DNA of 64,000 nucleotides from an uncultured virus (IMG/VR IMGVR_UViG_3300042560_001054) (IMGVR_UViG_3300042560_001054); one strand, 5' to 3'; shown: positions 48,045 to 58,817, counted from the first letter of the stretch. Notes: generated by a model from the letters alone, not told the origin. Translations and numbers: made by a program.

Positions 48045-49093
48045 TACTCTCCTTGATAAAAGTGCAAGTTAATCTTAAGTCGTGGGTCTGATGGATTTAA
48101 CTCCACAGCCTTTGTTCCTTGAATAATAGCTTCCTCTATTTTACCTAATTTGTACGCAGATAACGCCATAAGGTCGTGTGGAAGTGAGCCCCAAGAATCA
48201 GCATCGTTTAGATATGCCAATGGTTTTTCAACAATAGCCAAAGCTGTCTTAGCGTTGTTGTAGCAGGCTTCCCAATCATTTAGTTGGTAGTAGGCGTTTG
48301 CTAAATCTACCCAGGGTTCTCTAAATTCAGGAGCTTCCTTAGCCGCTTCCTTTAAATACATTATTGCATTTTCAGGGTCGCACTTTGCCATATATCTCCA
48401 AGATGCAGCTCGCTCTGGAGCCCACCTGGCCGTCTTAAGCTCAAGGTGACGTTTAAACTCTATTAATGCTTTCTCGTATAAACCGTGAAAATATAATTCT
48501 CTTGCGTAGTAGAAAGCGTTGCGGTCATCCTCTGGCGCTTCGTTTACAGAGAGCTCAAGCAAAGGAAAGTATTGACCTCTTGATTTATTAGGGTCAGGGT
48601 GATGATGTATTTCTAATTTAACCCACCCTTGAGTCTCCGCAATTCTGTCTGGAGTTATTACTTCATGTACTGGGTGCTTCCATCTATAACCGTGACGAGC
48701 ATGTATTTTGTCACCACCATACACAAGGCCTGGACTTCCGTCAGGATTCCAGCTCCATGTGTATTGGTATCTAGGTCGGGTCCATTTTTGGGTGTGGGCC
48801 GATTCTAACTCTTCTCTCCAACCTGGCTGGAGAACTTCATCCATATCTAAAGCAATGCAGTAATCTATATCGTCAGGTATTAAAGCAAGAGAAACATTCC
48901 TTGCGTCATCAAATCTCCAAGGTTTCACGCTAATTGTGTGGCACACAATTCCAAGTGATTTGGCTTTCTCTACGGTTTTATCTGTAGAACCCGTGTCAGC
49001 AATTAGTAAGTAGTCCGCGTCTTTTGCGGAATCAAACCAAGATTGAACAAAGTGCTCTTCATTTAAAGCAATGGTATAGACGGCTACCTTCAT
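48044..49093 (-). CDS. GT2 glycosyltransferase with C-terminal TPR repeats
   Basis: IALNEE, DTGSTD, F..ARN, LDMDE (DxD), HPVHE; helical TPR-like tail. Confidence 0.88.
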   Translation of the reverse strand: MKVAVYTIALNEEHFVQSWFDSAKDADYLLIADTGSTDKTVEKAKSLGIVCHTISVKPWRFDDARNVSLALIPDDIDYCIALDMDEVLQPGWREELESAHTQKWTRPRYQYTWSWNPDGSPGLVYGGDKIHARHGYRWKHPVHEVITPDRIAETQGWVKLEIHHHPDPNKSRGQYFPLLELSVNEAPEDDRNAFYYARELYFHGLYEKALIEFKRHLELKTARWAPERAASWRYMAKCDPENAIMYLKEAAKEAPEFREPWVDLANAYYQLNDWEACYNNAKTALAIVEKPLAYLNDADSWGSLPHDLMALSAYKLGKIEEAIIQGTKAVELNPSDPRLKINLHFYQGE

Positions 49094-49104
49094 TTGGTAC
49101 CTAA

Positions 49105-49227
49105 CTACTCGGCGTCAAGGGCTACATAATCGTAGCCGATAACCTCCCCAGTTGCCGCATCCGTGACTCTAAAAGTACGGATATTTGTTAGAGGGTCTAC
49201 GCCTAAATCTTCTTTATTTACTGTCAT
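49105..49227 (-). CDS. Small hypothetical protein (40 aa)
   Basis: ATGA overlap with the fibre stop; [19 protein letters not shown]... Confidence 0.5.
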   Translation of the reverse strand: MTVNKEDLGVDPLTNIRTFRVTDAATGEVIGYDYVALDAE

Positions 49228-50966
49228 GATAATCTACCCCACAGACCGGTGTTGTAAGTTGTAACTGGTGTAGCCGTTGTTGGCAAATCTGTTTGTGAAG
49301 TAACAGCACCATTTAGTTTTGGACTCAAGCTTGCTACAGAGCCTGGAGCAAATCCGTATGCTACATAAGCATTTCCTGGAGTGCTTCCTACCCATAGAAC
49401 TGCAAGGCCGTATCTAACCCCTGCTTGAAGAGTGTATGTGGCAGGTAGTGAACCACCTGTTGAAAATGCTCTTGTGTACAAAGTGTTTCTAGTGCCAAAT
49501 ATTGTTGTGTCGTTTGCTGTGGCAGCTACTAAAGTTGCTGTGGTTTCATCATATGTGTATAAACCAAATCTAGCAAGAGTTGTACCGCTAGAGGCTGTAC
49601 CTGCAGAAGATACTGAAATCTCGTCTAGAGTCAGAGTCTTGAGAGGTGTAAAGAACGTAAAGTAAGTAGTTCCGCTGACTAGGAACGCGGTCTGGTTATC
49701 CCAACGTGGTGCAACATCTATAGCTGCGGTTGGCATACCTAGAGCACCAAGAGCATGTTCTACCAATGCCACAGTTCCAGTAGCATCTTGAATAGTTACT
49801 GTTCTATCAGCTGTTGGGTCTGTAAAGCTCAGTGTTGTTTCATTAGCATCTGCAGTAGAACCTTCTACAACAATGTTTCCATCATTAAGAGTTAAACCAG
49901 TAAGAACAGGGCTGCTTAGTGTTAAGCCTGAAACAGAGGTTGTTGTTCCACCCAAAGTCAATGTACTTGAACCAAGGGTAATCGTAGAGTTAGCTAACTT
50001 AACGTTTGTTACGTTTGCGTCTACAATTTTTGCAGTTGTTACTGTTCCATCTGTAGGTGTACGAGTATCGGTAAACCTAGCATCTGTGTCAATTGCTAGT
50101 TTTACCCAGTTACCTGCGTGTGCATAATAAGCACTTCCAGTAGCATGAACATGAGCAAACATTCCGTGGTTAGTAGCTGCGTTAGGTAGGTCTACTAACG
50201 CGTCAAACACAACCCAAGTAATGTCGTCTGAAGTAATTGCTGACTTATCTAAACCAAGAACTGCCGCTGTTGATGTTCCTGTATTTGTTACAGGTCCTGT
50301 TACAGAGATAACTCCTGATGGGCCTGTTGGACCAGTAACTGTGCTTGCAGCACCTGTTGGACCAGTTGGTCCTACGGGTCCTTGAGGACCTACAATCTGT
50401 CCTGCGCTATACCAAGCAGTGCCGTTCCATACATATAAGTCGCCATCTTCATCAACAATGTACGCGTCGTTTACTGCATTTCCTGTTGATGGTAGGTTTG
50501 CAATTAATGCAACGCTTCCAATTAAATCAACTGCAACACCTTGTGCACCTGTTGGTCCTGTTACGCCCTGAGCACCAGTAGGGCCAGTTATGCCCTGTGC
50601 GCCTGTAGGACCAGTTGGTCCCGTTACTCCCTGTGCGCCAGTAGGGCCAGTTATGCCCTGTGCGCCTGTTGGTCCAGTAGGACCTATCGGTAGAATTAAA
50701 TTAAGTGTTTGGTTTGGAGCAGTACCAGTTATAGACGCTCCAGCACTAGTGCTAGATGATATTGAACCAATTGTTAAAGTATTAGCAGCACCAGTTGGAC
50801 CAGTAACACCAGATGAATAAGCTAGAGAGTTCCAACCTTGAATACCATTGCCCACTTTAAATCTACCTGTGTCATACTCATACCCAACTTCTCCTTGAGC
50901 TAGAATTGGGTTGGTAGTAGACCATGCTGTTGCAGTATCACGTCTAAACTGAACACGAACGGCCAT
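49224..50966 (-). CDS. Collagen-like tail fibre with Mtd-N-like N terminus
   Basis: QFRRDTA..W...[27 protein letters not shown] repeats. Confidence 0.8.
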   Translation of the reverse strand: MAVRVQFRRDTATAWSTTNPILAQGEVGYEYDTGRFKVGNGIQGWNSLAYSSGVTGPTGAANTLTIGSISSSTSAGASITGTAPNQTLNLILPIGPTGPTGAQGITGPTGAQGVTGPTGPTGAQGITGPTGAQGVTGPTGAQGVAVDLIGSVALIANLPSTGNAVNDAYIVDEDGDLYVWNGTAWYSAGQIVGPQGPVGPTGPTGAASTVTGPTGPSGVISVTGPVTNTGTSTAAVLGLDKSAITSDDITWVVFDALVDLPNAATNHGMFAHVHATGSAYYAHAGNWVKLAIDTDARFTDTRTPTDGTVTTAKIVDANVTNVKLANSTITLGSSTLTLGGTTTSVSGLTLSSPVLTGLTLNDGNIVVEGSTADANETTLSFTDPTADRTVTIQDATGTVALVEHALGALGMPTAAIDVAPRWDNQTAFLVSGTTYFTFFTPLKTLTLDEISVSSAGTASSGTTLARFGLYTYDETTATLVAATANDTTIFGTRNTLYTRAFSTGGSLPATYTLQAGVRYGLAVLWVGSTPGNAYVAYGFAPGSVASLSPKLNGAVTSQTDLPTTATPVTTYNTGLWGRLS

Positions 50967-50975
50967 TAAATCTCC

Positions 50976-51338
50976 TTAGCTTGCAGCATTTCCACAATCA
51001 ATAATTGAGGAACCACCATATATTGTATTCGCTGCGCCACCATCAATATTTGTAAACACTGGACCAGTTGGTCCTGTCTCACCTATTGGTCCTGTTGGGC
51101 CTGTTGGACCAGTTACACCTTGTGAACCAGTCGGTCCTGTTGGACCAGTTGGGCCTGTTACACCTTGAATACCTTGTGAGCCAGTTGGACCAGTTACTGA
51201 TGGACCAGTTGGACCTGTAGGACCCACAGGTCCTTGAGCAACGCTGATTCTCCATACTGAGCCATCCCAGTACCAAAGCTGGTCGCCAGCAGAAAATAGG
51301 TCATTTACCGCAGGGGAGTTGGGAAAGTCGATTGGCAT
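50976..51338 (-). CDS. Short collagen-like protein
   Basis: IDFPNSP N terminus; Gly-X-Thr triplets; IDGG tail. Confidence 0.75.
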   Translation of the reverse strand: MPIDFPNSPAVNDLFSAGDQLWYWDGSVWRISVAQGPVGPTGPTGPSVTGPTGSQGIQGVTGPTGPTGPTGSQGVTGPTGPTGPIGETGPTGPVFTNIDGGAANTIYGGSSIIDCGNAAS

Positions 51339-51347
51339 AGTATTAGT

Positions 51348-53000
51348 TTAGCCTTTAGTTAAGTATTTTTCTGCTTTAGGTAACCATAGAATATCTAACT
51401 CAGAAGTCTCTAAAACCTCTACTGCCTCATCAAAAGTTTGAACAAGGGGTTCTCCAGCTAAATTAAAACTAGTGTTTAATAGTATTCCATGGCCAGTTAA
51501 TTCTTTAAAAGCCAATAATACGTCGTAAATAGGCCCTGACTCGTAAGTGACTGTTTGTATCCTACAGGTGTTGTCTACATGTATTACTCCAGGAATTACG
51601 TTTTTAGATTCAGGTAGGCTTTTAAAGGACACGGTCATAAAAGGACTTTCTTCTATTGGCATATAAAAATATTTATTGGCATCTTCTTTTAAAACAGCAG
51701 CAGCAAAAGGCCTGTACCATTCACGTTTTTTTATCTTATTTACTATCTTTTTAGCTTCAGGGTTTCTAGGGTCAAAAAGTATAGACCTGTTACCTAACGC
51801 CCTAGGCCCTGCTTCTGCTAATCCATTAAAAATTGCTACGCTTTTTCCTTCTACTATGTATTTTGCAATATCTATAGGAGAACATGGTTTACCGTAATTA
51901 GTTGTTTTTGTGTCAAGTGTGCCGTTAAAAAAAGTATGTTTTAATTTATTAATTTTTAAATCTTGAGTCATAGACCTGTAAACGTACATGGCACCACCAA
52001 TGCTGTTACCCGAATCATCTGCTAAAGGTTCAAAATAAAAATTAACATTAGGCAAATTTTCTATATAAAAAGCATTAGCTACAACGTTTAGTCCATACCC
52101 TCCAGTTACACATACGTTAGTAATTCCTGTAGAGGTAACTGAAGAAGTTATTAATTCTAACATTGCTTCTTGACTTTGTTTTTGAACCTGAAACGCGTAA
52201 TTAGCAAACTCTTTATAGTTTTTTTCGGTCATTGGTGTTTTAAGTAAATGTTTTTTTAAACTGCTATAGCATGCGTAGTCCATATCATAGTTATTTTTGT
52301 GAAAAAAGAACTGGTCTATTCCTACACCAAAATTACTAAACAATTTTGGGAAATTAAGATTATCTTCTCCATATGCGGCTAAACCCATAGTTTTTCCGTT
52401 TTCTAGAACATGTTGTCCTATTAAAGTAGTGGCGCTTTCGTACACTTTAACTAATCCTTGTTGACTATCAACATGTATACCTATTTTAGTTTTGTAGTTT
52501 TTAAATTTTTCTTCTATATCTCTAACTGACTCGGGTTTTTTATTAGAATCTTCTAACCATAAATTTTTATAAATTGGTGTAAAAGAATTTGGATAAGAAG
52601 CTACAAAAACTGTTTCTGATTCTCTCGCGTTTAACCCAATAAAAGAACCATTTCTATCAGCAACAATAACTAAACTTTCTTCAAAACCGCTATTATAAAA
52701 AGCTAATGCTGCGTGTTGTAAATGATGCTCATTAGATAAATTAACTATTTCAGGAACTTTTAGTTGTTTATTAACATATTGATAATACGTAGGTATAGCT
52801 CCATCTAAATTAGTAGGAGCGCAAATTGCTACAGCATCTATATCACCTACTGAAGAAATAGCGGTGTCTAAAGAAATAAACGGGTGCTTATCTCTTTTTA
52901 TTCTAGATAATCTCTCTTCTTTAGAAAAGAACTCAATGTTTCCGTCAGTAAATACTGCAACACTGCTGTCGTGAAATGGATTAATTCCAAGAATTCTCAT
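51348..53000 (-). CDS. Carbamoyltransferase (NodU/CmcH family)
   Basis: HDSS, EERLSRIK, HHLQHA, GKTMGLAAYG, EAGPRALGNRSI, KKREWYRPFA, HVD.TCRIQT, NTSFN. Confidence 0.92.
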   Translation of the reverse strand: MRILGINPFHDSSVAVFTDGNIEFFSKEERLSRIKRDKHPFISLDTAISSVGDIDAVAICAPTNLDGAIPTYYQYVNKQLKVPEIVNLSNEHHLQHAALAFYNSGFEESLVIVADRNGSFIGLNARESETVFVASYPNSFTPIYKNLWLEDSNKKPESVRDIEEKFKNYKTKIGIHVDSQQGLVKVYESATTLIGQHVLENGKTMGLAAYGEDNLNFPKLFSNFGVGIDQFFFHKNNYDMDYACYSSLKKHLLKTPMTEKNYKEFANYAFQVQKQSQEAMLELITSSVTSTGITNVCVTGGYGLNVVANAFYIENLPNVNFYFEPLADDSGNSIGGAMYVYRSMTQDLKINKLKHTFFNGTLDTKTTNYGKPCSPIDIAKYIVEGKSVAIFNGLAEAGPRALGNRSILFDPRNPEAKKIVNKIKKREWYRPFAAAVLKEDANKYFYMPIEESPFMTVSFKSLPESKNVIPGVIHVDNTCRIQTVTYESGPIYDVLLAFKELTGHGILLNTSFNLAGEPLVQTFDEAVEVLETSELDILWLPKAEKYLTKG

Positions 53001-53731
53001 TAATTTATTACCGCTTTTTTTATTAAATTCATTGTTTTTTTGTCCATCGAAGTGTTTTTAAAAAGTTTATACCGGTCTATTAACGGGATATTTAAGCCAA
53101 ATAATGCGGCTCCTTGGGCGCAGGTAATAGAAATATTTCTTATTTCTTGAGTTATAGAAAACCTTTTAAATACTACTGGTCTTTCTGTTTTAGCTCTTAA
53201 AAAGAAAATAGGCTCACCACTATTTAGTTTAAAATGTTCAATTCCGGTATTTAATATAAATTCAGCGTTTACTGGTCTAAACCAAGAACCTATATTGTAC
53301 GTTCCTGGAACAAAAGTTCCGTAGGCAAGATGTGGGGATTCTAAAATAAATGGGGGAACAACTTCAATAGTAAGAGGCTCTTCAGAAAAAAATACCCAAC
53401 TCATACTAGCGTTTATATGAGTTCTGTTTAAAAAACTAGGTTCTCTACCTAATGAGACATTAATAAAGTTTTTTTCTGTTGAAACTATTTCTTTTTTTTG
53501 TATTTTGCAATCAATTGGAAGCGTTGCACTAAAATAAAAAACGTTTTTAATTAAATCTTTAAACGCTGGACAACGTAAAAGGCCAACATTTGCGGTGTCT
53601 TTGTTTATAAATTCTTTTAAAGACGTAGAAAGAGTATCTGGGTTGTTGTATAAAATATCCCAATCAAAATAGCCCTCGTCTAAAGGGAAATTTGGGGCCC
53701 AGTAAATAGTTATTGGTTCTAGTTTTGGCAC
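53000..53731 (-). CDS. Hypothetical protein, beta-rich
   Basis: RCPAF, PG.YNIGSWFRP, GEPI; AT-rich island. Confidence 0.6.
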   Translation of the reverse strand: MPKLEPITIYWAPNFPLDEGYFDWDILYNNPDTLSTSLKEFINKDTANVGLLRCPAFKDLIKNVFYFSATLPIDCKIQKKEIVSTEKNFINVSLGREPSFLNRTHINASMSWVFFSEEPLTIEVVPPFILESPHLAYGTFVPGTYNIGSWFRPVNAEFILNTGIEHFKLNSGEPIFFLRAKTERPVVFKRFSITQEIRNISITCAQGAALFGLNIPLIDRYKLFKNTSMDKKTMNLIKKAVIN

Positions 53732-53750
53732 AGCCGTATACTACAGCAAA

Positions 53751-54134
53751 TTATTGGTAAAGCCACATGTCTTCAGGCTCAACCCAAGTTTCAAAAGTAG
53801 GCAAATCTAATCCAAATTCTTTAATCCTTTTAATAACTTGTTTTTGAGCTCCTGGACCATAATAAGTTTCTACTCCATGCCCTTGAAGTTCTAAAATCCA
53901 GCCAACCCTAAGCATATAGAATTCAGCAAACGGTTCCCAAGCAGCATACAGACCAAAAGCTCCTCCATGCTCTAATATAACTTCCCAAACATCAATGTCT
54001 TCTATTTTTAACTCTCTAGAGTAATCCCATTCTTTTGTAGGAGGAAGAATTAGTTTGTTTGAATCCATCCAATTGGGGTCAAATACCTCTTGGTGGTCAT
54101 GAAAAATATTTTGAGTTGAGCGAAATCTTGGCAC
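53751..54134 (-). CDS. Hypothetical protein
   Basis: ORF track; leaderless-type start. Confidence 0.6.
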   Translation of the reverse strand: MPRFRSTQNIFHDHQEVFDPNWMDSNKLILPPTKEWDYSRELKIEDIDVWEVILEHGGAFGLYAAWEPFAEFYMLRVGWILELQGHGVETYYGPGAQKQVIKRIKEFGLDLPTFETWVEPEDMWLYQ

Positions 54135-54145
54135 AAGTCAGTATA

Positions 54146-55180
54146 TTACACTGTATAGCGAACTATTACTACGCCGCTTCCGCCAGCACCGCCAATAGAA
54201 ACCTGGCCACCAGAATTTCCCCCACCACCTCCACCACCGCCACGTTCGTTTCCTAAAACAGGTGGTGTAGTTGAGCTATTAGTTGAATATCCATGACTAC
54301 CGCCAAAGTCTGAGGCTCCGTTATTAATACTTTGATTACTTCCTGGAGAGCCGTTTGAATTGGCGTCGTGAGACCCTGCCCCAGCACCTCCAGCGTAACC
54401 TACAGAGGTCCCGGTTATTGAGTTGTATAAACCTGCTCCTCCAAAATGATTTGTTGCAGCAGCCCCTGCTCCACCTCCTCCGCCTTCGTTATACCCGCCA
54501 AAGGTATATGAGTTTGCTGTTAAGCCGTTTCCAGCAACAGTTGACGCTCCTTTATTTCCTTGTGGAGGGGTTGTATTTGGATAATTTCCTGGACCCGCTG
54601 GACAGCAACTTGAGCCTCCACCACCAGAACCGCCGTGATTACCGCCTGCAGTTCCAGTTACGTAAGACGTATCAGCACTCCATGAACCGCCACGACCACC
54701 GCCAGCAGAGGTTATACCAAATGCTGAGCTGTCTCCGCCGTTAGCAGCAGAATTGCTTCCAGGAAGGTTACCATAACCACCAGGATTATAAGCACCTTTG
54801 CCTCCGCCACCTACAGTAATAGTATTACTTCCAGAGGTAGCTACCGCGTAACCAGTTCTATATCCGCCAGCGCCTCCTCCTCCACCTACCCAGGAACCTC
54901 CACCTCCACCGCCACCTATAATAAGATATTCAACTACAGCTCCAGAAACCGCTCCAGTATTGGGAGTGCCATCACTTCTTGCACTACCGTTTCCTCCAAT
55001 ATTTTCTGCAACAGCAAAAGTAAAAGTGCTGTTTCCAACAGAGGTAAATCTATGAATTCTGTATGCTCCAGAAGTGGTTATAGTTCCACCAGTTGACGCA
55101 GCAGAACCTTTACCATCACTTATTGGATATGGTCTTTTTATAAGACCTAAAGTTCCTCGTACGCTACTTACAAAAGGCAT
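54146..55180 (-). CDS. Glycine-rich virion/fibre protein
   Basis: GGGGAGG repeats; C-terminal GGSGVVIVRY. Confidence 0.75.
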   Translation of the reverse strand: MPFVSSVRGTLGLIKRPYPISDGKGSAASTGGTITTSGAYRIHRFTSVGNSTFTFAVAENIGGNGSARSDGTPNTGAVSGAVVEYLIIGGGGGGGSWVGGGGGAGGYRTGYAVATSGSNTITVGGGGKGAYNPGGYGNLPGSNSAANGGDSSAFGITSAGGGRGGSWSADTSYVTGTAGGNHGGSGGGGSSCCPAGPGNYPNTTPPQGNKGASTVAGNGLTANSYTFGGYNEGGGGGAGAAATNHFGGAGLYNSITGTSVGYAGGAGAGSHDANSNGSPGSNQSINNGASDFGGSHGYSTNSSTTPPVLGNERGGGGGGGGNSGGQVSIGGAGGSGVVIVRYTV

Positions 55181-55190
55181 TTACTTCTCC

Positions 55191-58088
55191 TTAGAAGTTG
55201 AGGTTAGCAGAGCCTAACAACGTGTAGGTAGAAGACCTACGTACAATGTTTAATGTAAAGATATCAATTTTTCCTGAAGTTGATGTAGGTGTTGGAGTAA
55301 CTCCAGCAGCCCACTTCATAGTAATAGCAGAACCATTAATAGTAAATGTTGTTGGAATATACCCGGTAGAGCCTTGAGTAACAAGAACGTTAATAGTAAA
55401 TACTCGACCATCTGTGGTTGGTGCATTTGTAATGTTCCAAGTCATTGCAGCTGATGGAGTGTTTGTAGTCCAGAAAATGTTACCTGCGCTGTAGTCAAGA
55501 GTAGCTACGTTAGAAGACAGGGTAACATCTACAACGTCTTCAATCATTTCTTGAACACGAACACCGCCAGTAAAGGTTGGGGTTCCTGTAAATGATGGTG
55601 AGCCAGAGAATACTGGGGTACCAGAGAATGTTGGGTTACCAGAGAATGTTGCATCGCCAGCAATAGTTCCACCAAAGCTGTTTGAAGAACCGCTAAGGGT
55701 TAAGTTAGCAATGCTGTTAGAACCAGCTGTAGAGGTTAATCCTGTTGACAAGGTTGCTGAAGTCGCAGTGATTGCTCCGGTACGTACAGCGTCGTATACA
55801 AGCCCAGCGTCTGTAAAGTCAACAGTTGTTCCTGGAGCAACAGTTAGGCCATCAAATATTTTTGTAACGCCGTCAGATGCGTCACGGACAAGGCCGTAGT
55901 ATCTGCGTTCACGAGTCTTAGTAGCTGTTCCAGCAGGAGATACTGCAGCAGAAGTTACGTTAGCAGCGCCAGTCTTTCTGTAGCTAAATGTTGTGGCAGA
56001 AGGAACTGCGCTTACAACGTAAGTTCCGTTAAATGTAGCGTCTACGCTTGTTACTACGACAACGTCACCTACAACATATGTATGGGCTGCAGTTGTAGTT
56101 AGAGTAGCTACTTCAGAGGCAATTACCTTATTGCTTACAGAGCGAACTACGTTAGATACAGCAACTGTGTATTCTGACACAACGCCGACGTCAATTAGGT
56201 CGTCAGTGTTATTAGCAGCTGTACGAACTAGTGAGTCTGCAGTTGAAAGGGTGTCGATAACTGTAGTGGTTCCAGAACCACCGAATGTTAGTGTACCCAC
56301 GATTGCAACGTTACCCGCAATGTTCATAGCACCTTGGATACCGACGCCACCTACTACGGTGAGAGCACCTGTTGTAGGAGATACAGATGGGGTATCAATT
56401 TCAATATGTACATTCTCATCTGGAGTAATTTCCATTTGGGTTAGACCAGAGCTAAATCCTCCAGCAGCAAAGATAATCTTGTTATCTGTACCGTTTGCGC
56501 CTGTAGCAAATACAAGGTTACCGCCGCCGCCTGCGTTGAAGGTTACGCTACCTACAGGGGACACTGCAGCTGAGGTTACGTTAGCGTTAGTCTTGTCATA
56601 AGTAAAAGTTGTAGTCGTAGGCACTGCTTTTACATAGTAGGTGCCATCAAATGGTGCTCCTACGCCTGTAATAACTGCTTTAGCGCCTACGCTAATTCCA
56701 TGAGTAGTCCCTGTTGTAAGAGTTGCTACGTTAGAGGTAAGAGCCTTGTTAGTAATAGTTTTTGTTACAACTGCTGGTGCATCATGGAAAATGTATGCAT
56801 CGTTAGGCCCAGTAATACCGTAAGTTGTGTCATCAAAATCAGAGCCTGTGATACCGAAAGATGCCCAACCGCTTCCGTCGTCACCGTTATTAGAAATAAC
56901 TTGAATATCAGTTGAGGAGGTCTTATCAGCATTAGTAAAAGCAATTTGAGCAAAACCTGATTCATCAGTATTGTTGTCAAAATTAAATACCGCTACTGCG
57001 TTAGTTAATCCTGCATCATCGTGACGTGTTTCCGCATCCGTACCAACAAAAGCTTGAACAGTTGCAGTTAGCTCATCAACTGTTATGTCTGATACCCAAG
57101 TAACTGCTGTTCCATCGTTAGATAAAAATTTACCAGCTGCTGCAGAATAATCAGGGAAAGTACCCGCCGCTAAAACGTCCCAGTTAGCTCCTGCTACTGG
57201 AGTGTTTCCTTGAGTGTTCTGTTTTGCAATCCAAGAAGAACCACCGTAGGTAACAATATCGTTTTTGTTGTAAGTTGTAAGAGAGTTATATGTGCCCTTC
57301 CAAGAAATACCTTCAATAAGCACTGCCCAATAAATTGTATCTGTTGGTGCGCTGTTAAGAGAGTCTGCAATAGCTACATAAACAAGACCACCGTAGTTAA
57401 CTACGTCTCCTGCTTGGTAGTTAGCTGATGATGACCATGTACCTTCAAATTGGAAACCTTGGCTGAATAGAGCCCAGTTAGTTGTATTAGTTGGCACTAC
57501 TCCAGTAGAAGGAACAATATTAATGTACGCCTTACCACCGTAGGAAACAATGTCATTTACTTTATAAGCAGTACCTGAGGCGTAAGCGCCTTTCCATTCA
57601 ACACCGTATACAAGAATATCCCAGTTTACGTTAGACGAAGTAGGGGCTGAAGCAGAGTTGTTATTAACAGCAATCCAGATGTTACCGCCGTACTTTACAA
57701 CATCGCCTTTTTGATAAGATGTGCCTGAAGCCCAAGAACCTTCGTATTGGATACCATCAACAAAAACAGACCAATCAGACCCTGAAGTTACTGGGTTGTC
57801 AGCAATGGTGTCTCTAAGAGCAATGTAAATTTTTCCACCAAAGGAAACTAAATCTGAAATTAAATATTGAGTTGCGTCAGACCAAATACCTCGGTAGTTG
57901 AAACCTTCTACCATTAACGCCCAGAAAGCTGTGTTAGTTGGGAGGTTGCCAGTGGTTGCTGTGCCTAGTGTGTAAACATAGACGTTACCACCGTACTGCA
58001 CTACATCGTTGCGCTCATACTCTGTGGCGCTGCTGTAAGCTCCACGATAGTCAAATCGGAATTTGCCCAGGTCAAGAATTTGAGCCAT
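55191..58088 (-). CDS. Tail fibre/adhesin with six CBM5/12-like N-terminal repeats
   Basis: Six G.W/Y....Y..ND.V.YGG...P....W repeats; GALTVVGGVG; C-terminal T..KIDIF domain. Confidence 0.75.
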   Translation of the reverse strand: MAQILDLGKFRFDYRGAYSSATEYERNDVVQYGGNVYVYTLGTATTGNLPTNTAFWALMVEGFNYRGIWSDATQYLISDLVSFGGKIYIALRDTIADNPVTSGSDWSVFVDGIQYEGSWASGTSYQKGDVVKYGGNIWIAVNNNSASAPTSSNVNWDILVYGVEWKGAYASGTAYKVNDIVSYGGKAYINIVPSTGVVPTNTTNWALFSQGFQFEGTWSSSANYQAGDVVNYGGLVYVAIADSLNSAPTDTIYWAVLIEGISWKGTYNSLTTYNKNDIVTYGGSSWIAKQNTQGNTPVAGANWDVLAAGTFPDYSAAAGKFLSNDGTAVTWVSDITVDELTATVQAFVGTDAETRHDDAGLTNAVAVFNFDNNTDESGFAQIAFTNADKTSSTDIQVISNNGDDGSGWASFGITGSDFDDTTYGITGPNDAYIFHDAPAVVTKTITNKALTSNVATLTTGTTHGISVGAKAVITGVGAPFDGTYYVKAVPTTTTFTYDKTNANVTSAAVSPVGSVTFNAGGGGNLVFATGANGTDNKIIFAAGGFSSGLTQMEITPDENVHIEIDTPSVSPTTGALTVVGGVGIQGAMNIAGNVAIVGTLTFGGSGTTTVIDTLSTADSLVRTAANNTDDLIDVGVVSEYTVAVSNVVRSVSNKVIASEVATLTTTAAHTYVVGDVVVVTSVDATFNGTYVVSAVPSATTFSYRKTGAANVTSAAVSPAGTATKTRERRYYGLVRDASDGVTKIFDGLTVAPGTTVDFTDAGLVYDAVRTGAITATSATLSTGLTSTAGSNSIANLTLSGSSNSFGGTIAGDATFSGNPTFSGTPVFSGSPSFTGTPTFTGGVRVQEMIEDVVDVTLSSNVATLDYSAGNIFWTTNTPSAAMTWNITNAPTTDGRVFTINVLVTQGSTGYIPTTFTINGSAITMKWAAGVTPTPTSTSGKIDIFTLNIVRRSSTYTLLGSANLNF

Positions 58089-58363
58089 TAGTAAACCTCC
58101 ATAAGGATATGTCCGGTAGCGTTAACACTAAATCTGAGTGTGTTGTTACTCCACATCCAGTTTAGATAATCAGTTGATTTAGATGAGAACGAATCACCTA
58201 ACGTGATTGTGCTACCTGAACCAATAATATCAATGTAAGCCTTGCCTGTAAGTATATCTTGGCGAGCTCCATAGAAGACTCTATCTACAATACTTTCTAA
58301 ATCTGAGGTAGTAAGGGTGGCTTCTGAGGAACCGTCTATATTAATAAACGTAGGATTTGGCAC
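58088..58363 (-). CDS. Small fibre-associated hypothetical protein
   Basis: FYG...D...L.I and C-terminal LMEV; paralog of 62621..62893. Confidence 0.65.
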   Translation of the reverse strand: MPNPTFINIDGSSEATLTTSDLESIVDRVFYGARQDILTGKAYIDIIGSGSTITLGDSFSSKSTDYLNWMWSNNTLRFSVNATGHILMEVY

Positions 58364-58809
58364 TATCTAACCCCTTCTTCCAGGTTTATGGTCAATCCAA
58401 TGACATCTTCAAAAGGGCAGGTTGCGTATAGTTTGTCTCCTGTTTGAAGAGTAATTTCATTTGAAATTTTGTTGTACCCAATAGCTACTGGGTTTCCGTC
58501 TTCCCCAACTCGGGTATCTCCAGATACTAGAGGTAGGACTAGGTAAGCGGTTTTTAAAACGCGGGTCTTATTTACTAAAAACTTAGTGATGGTTCCAGAT
58601 ACGTCTCGACCTACATATAGAGAGACAGGAAGGATTCCAGTATCTGATGCGCCAGTGTGAGCAGCCAAAACAGAAGTAACTTTAGTTTTAGAAGTGGCTG
58701 TATAAATTACAGTTGCTGAGCCTGGAGCGGTGTCGGTTACTAAAAAGTTAATGCTTTTAGCAGTTCCCGCAGATGCTACTGCGTCAACTGGATATGCGTA
58801 CCCTGGCAT
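58363..58809 (-). CDS. Fibre-associated hypothetical protein
   Basis: T.IYT...VTSV, ITLQTGDKL; related to 62893..63225. Confidence 0.6.
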   Translation of the reverse strand: MPGYAYPVDAVASAGTAKSINFLVTDTAPGSATVIYTATSKTKVTSVLAAHTGASDTGILPVSLYVGRDVSGTITKFLVNKTRVLKTAYLVLPLVSGDTRVGEDGNPVAIGYNKISNEITLQTGDKLYATCPFEDVIGLTINLEEGVR

Positions 58810-58817
58810 CTATTCTC

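Noticed and set aside
49224..50966. Diversity-generating retroelement suggested by the Mtd-like N terminus
   Set aside because: No reverse transcriptase and no TR/VR pair with adenine-specific mismatches seen in the window.
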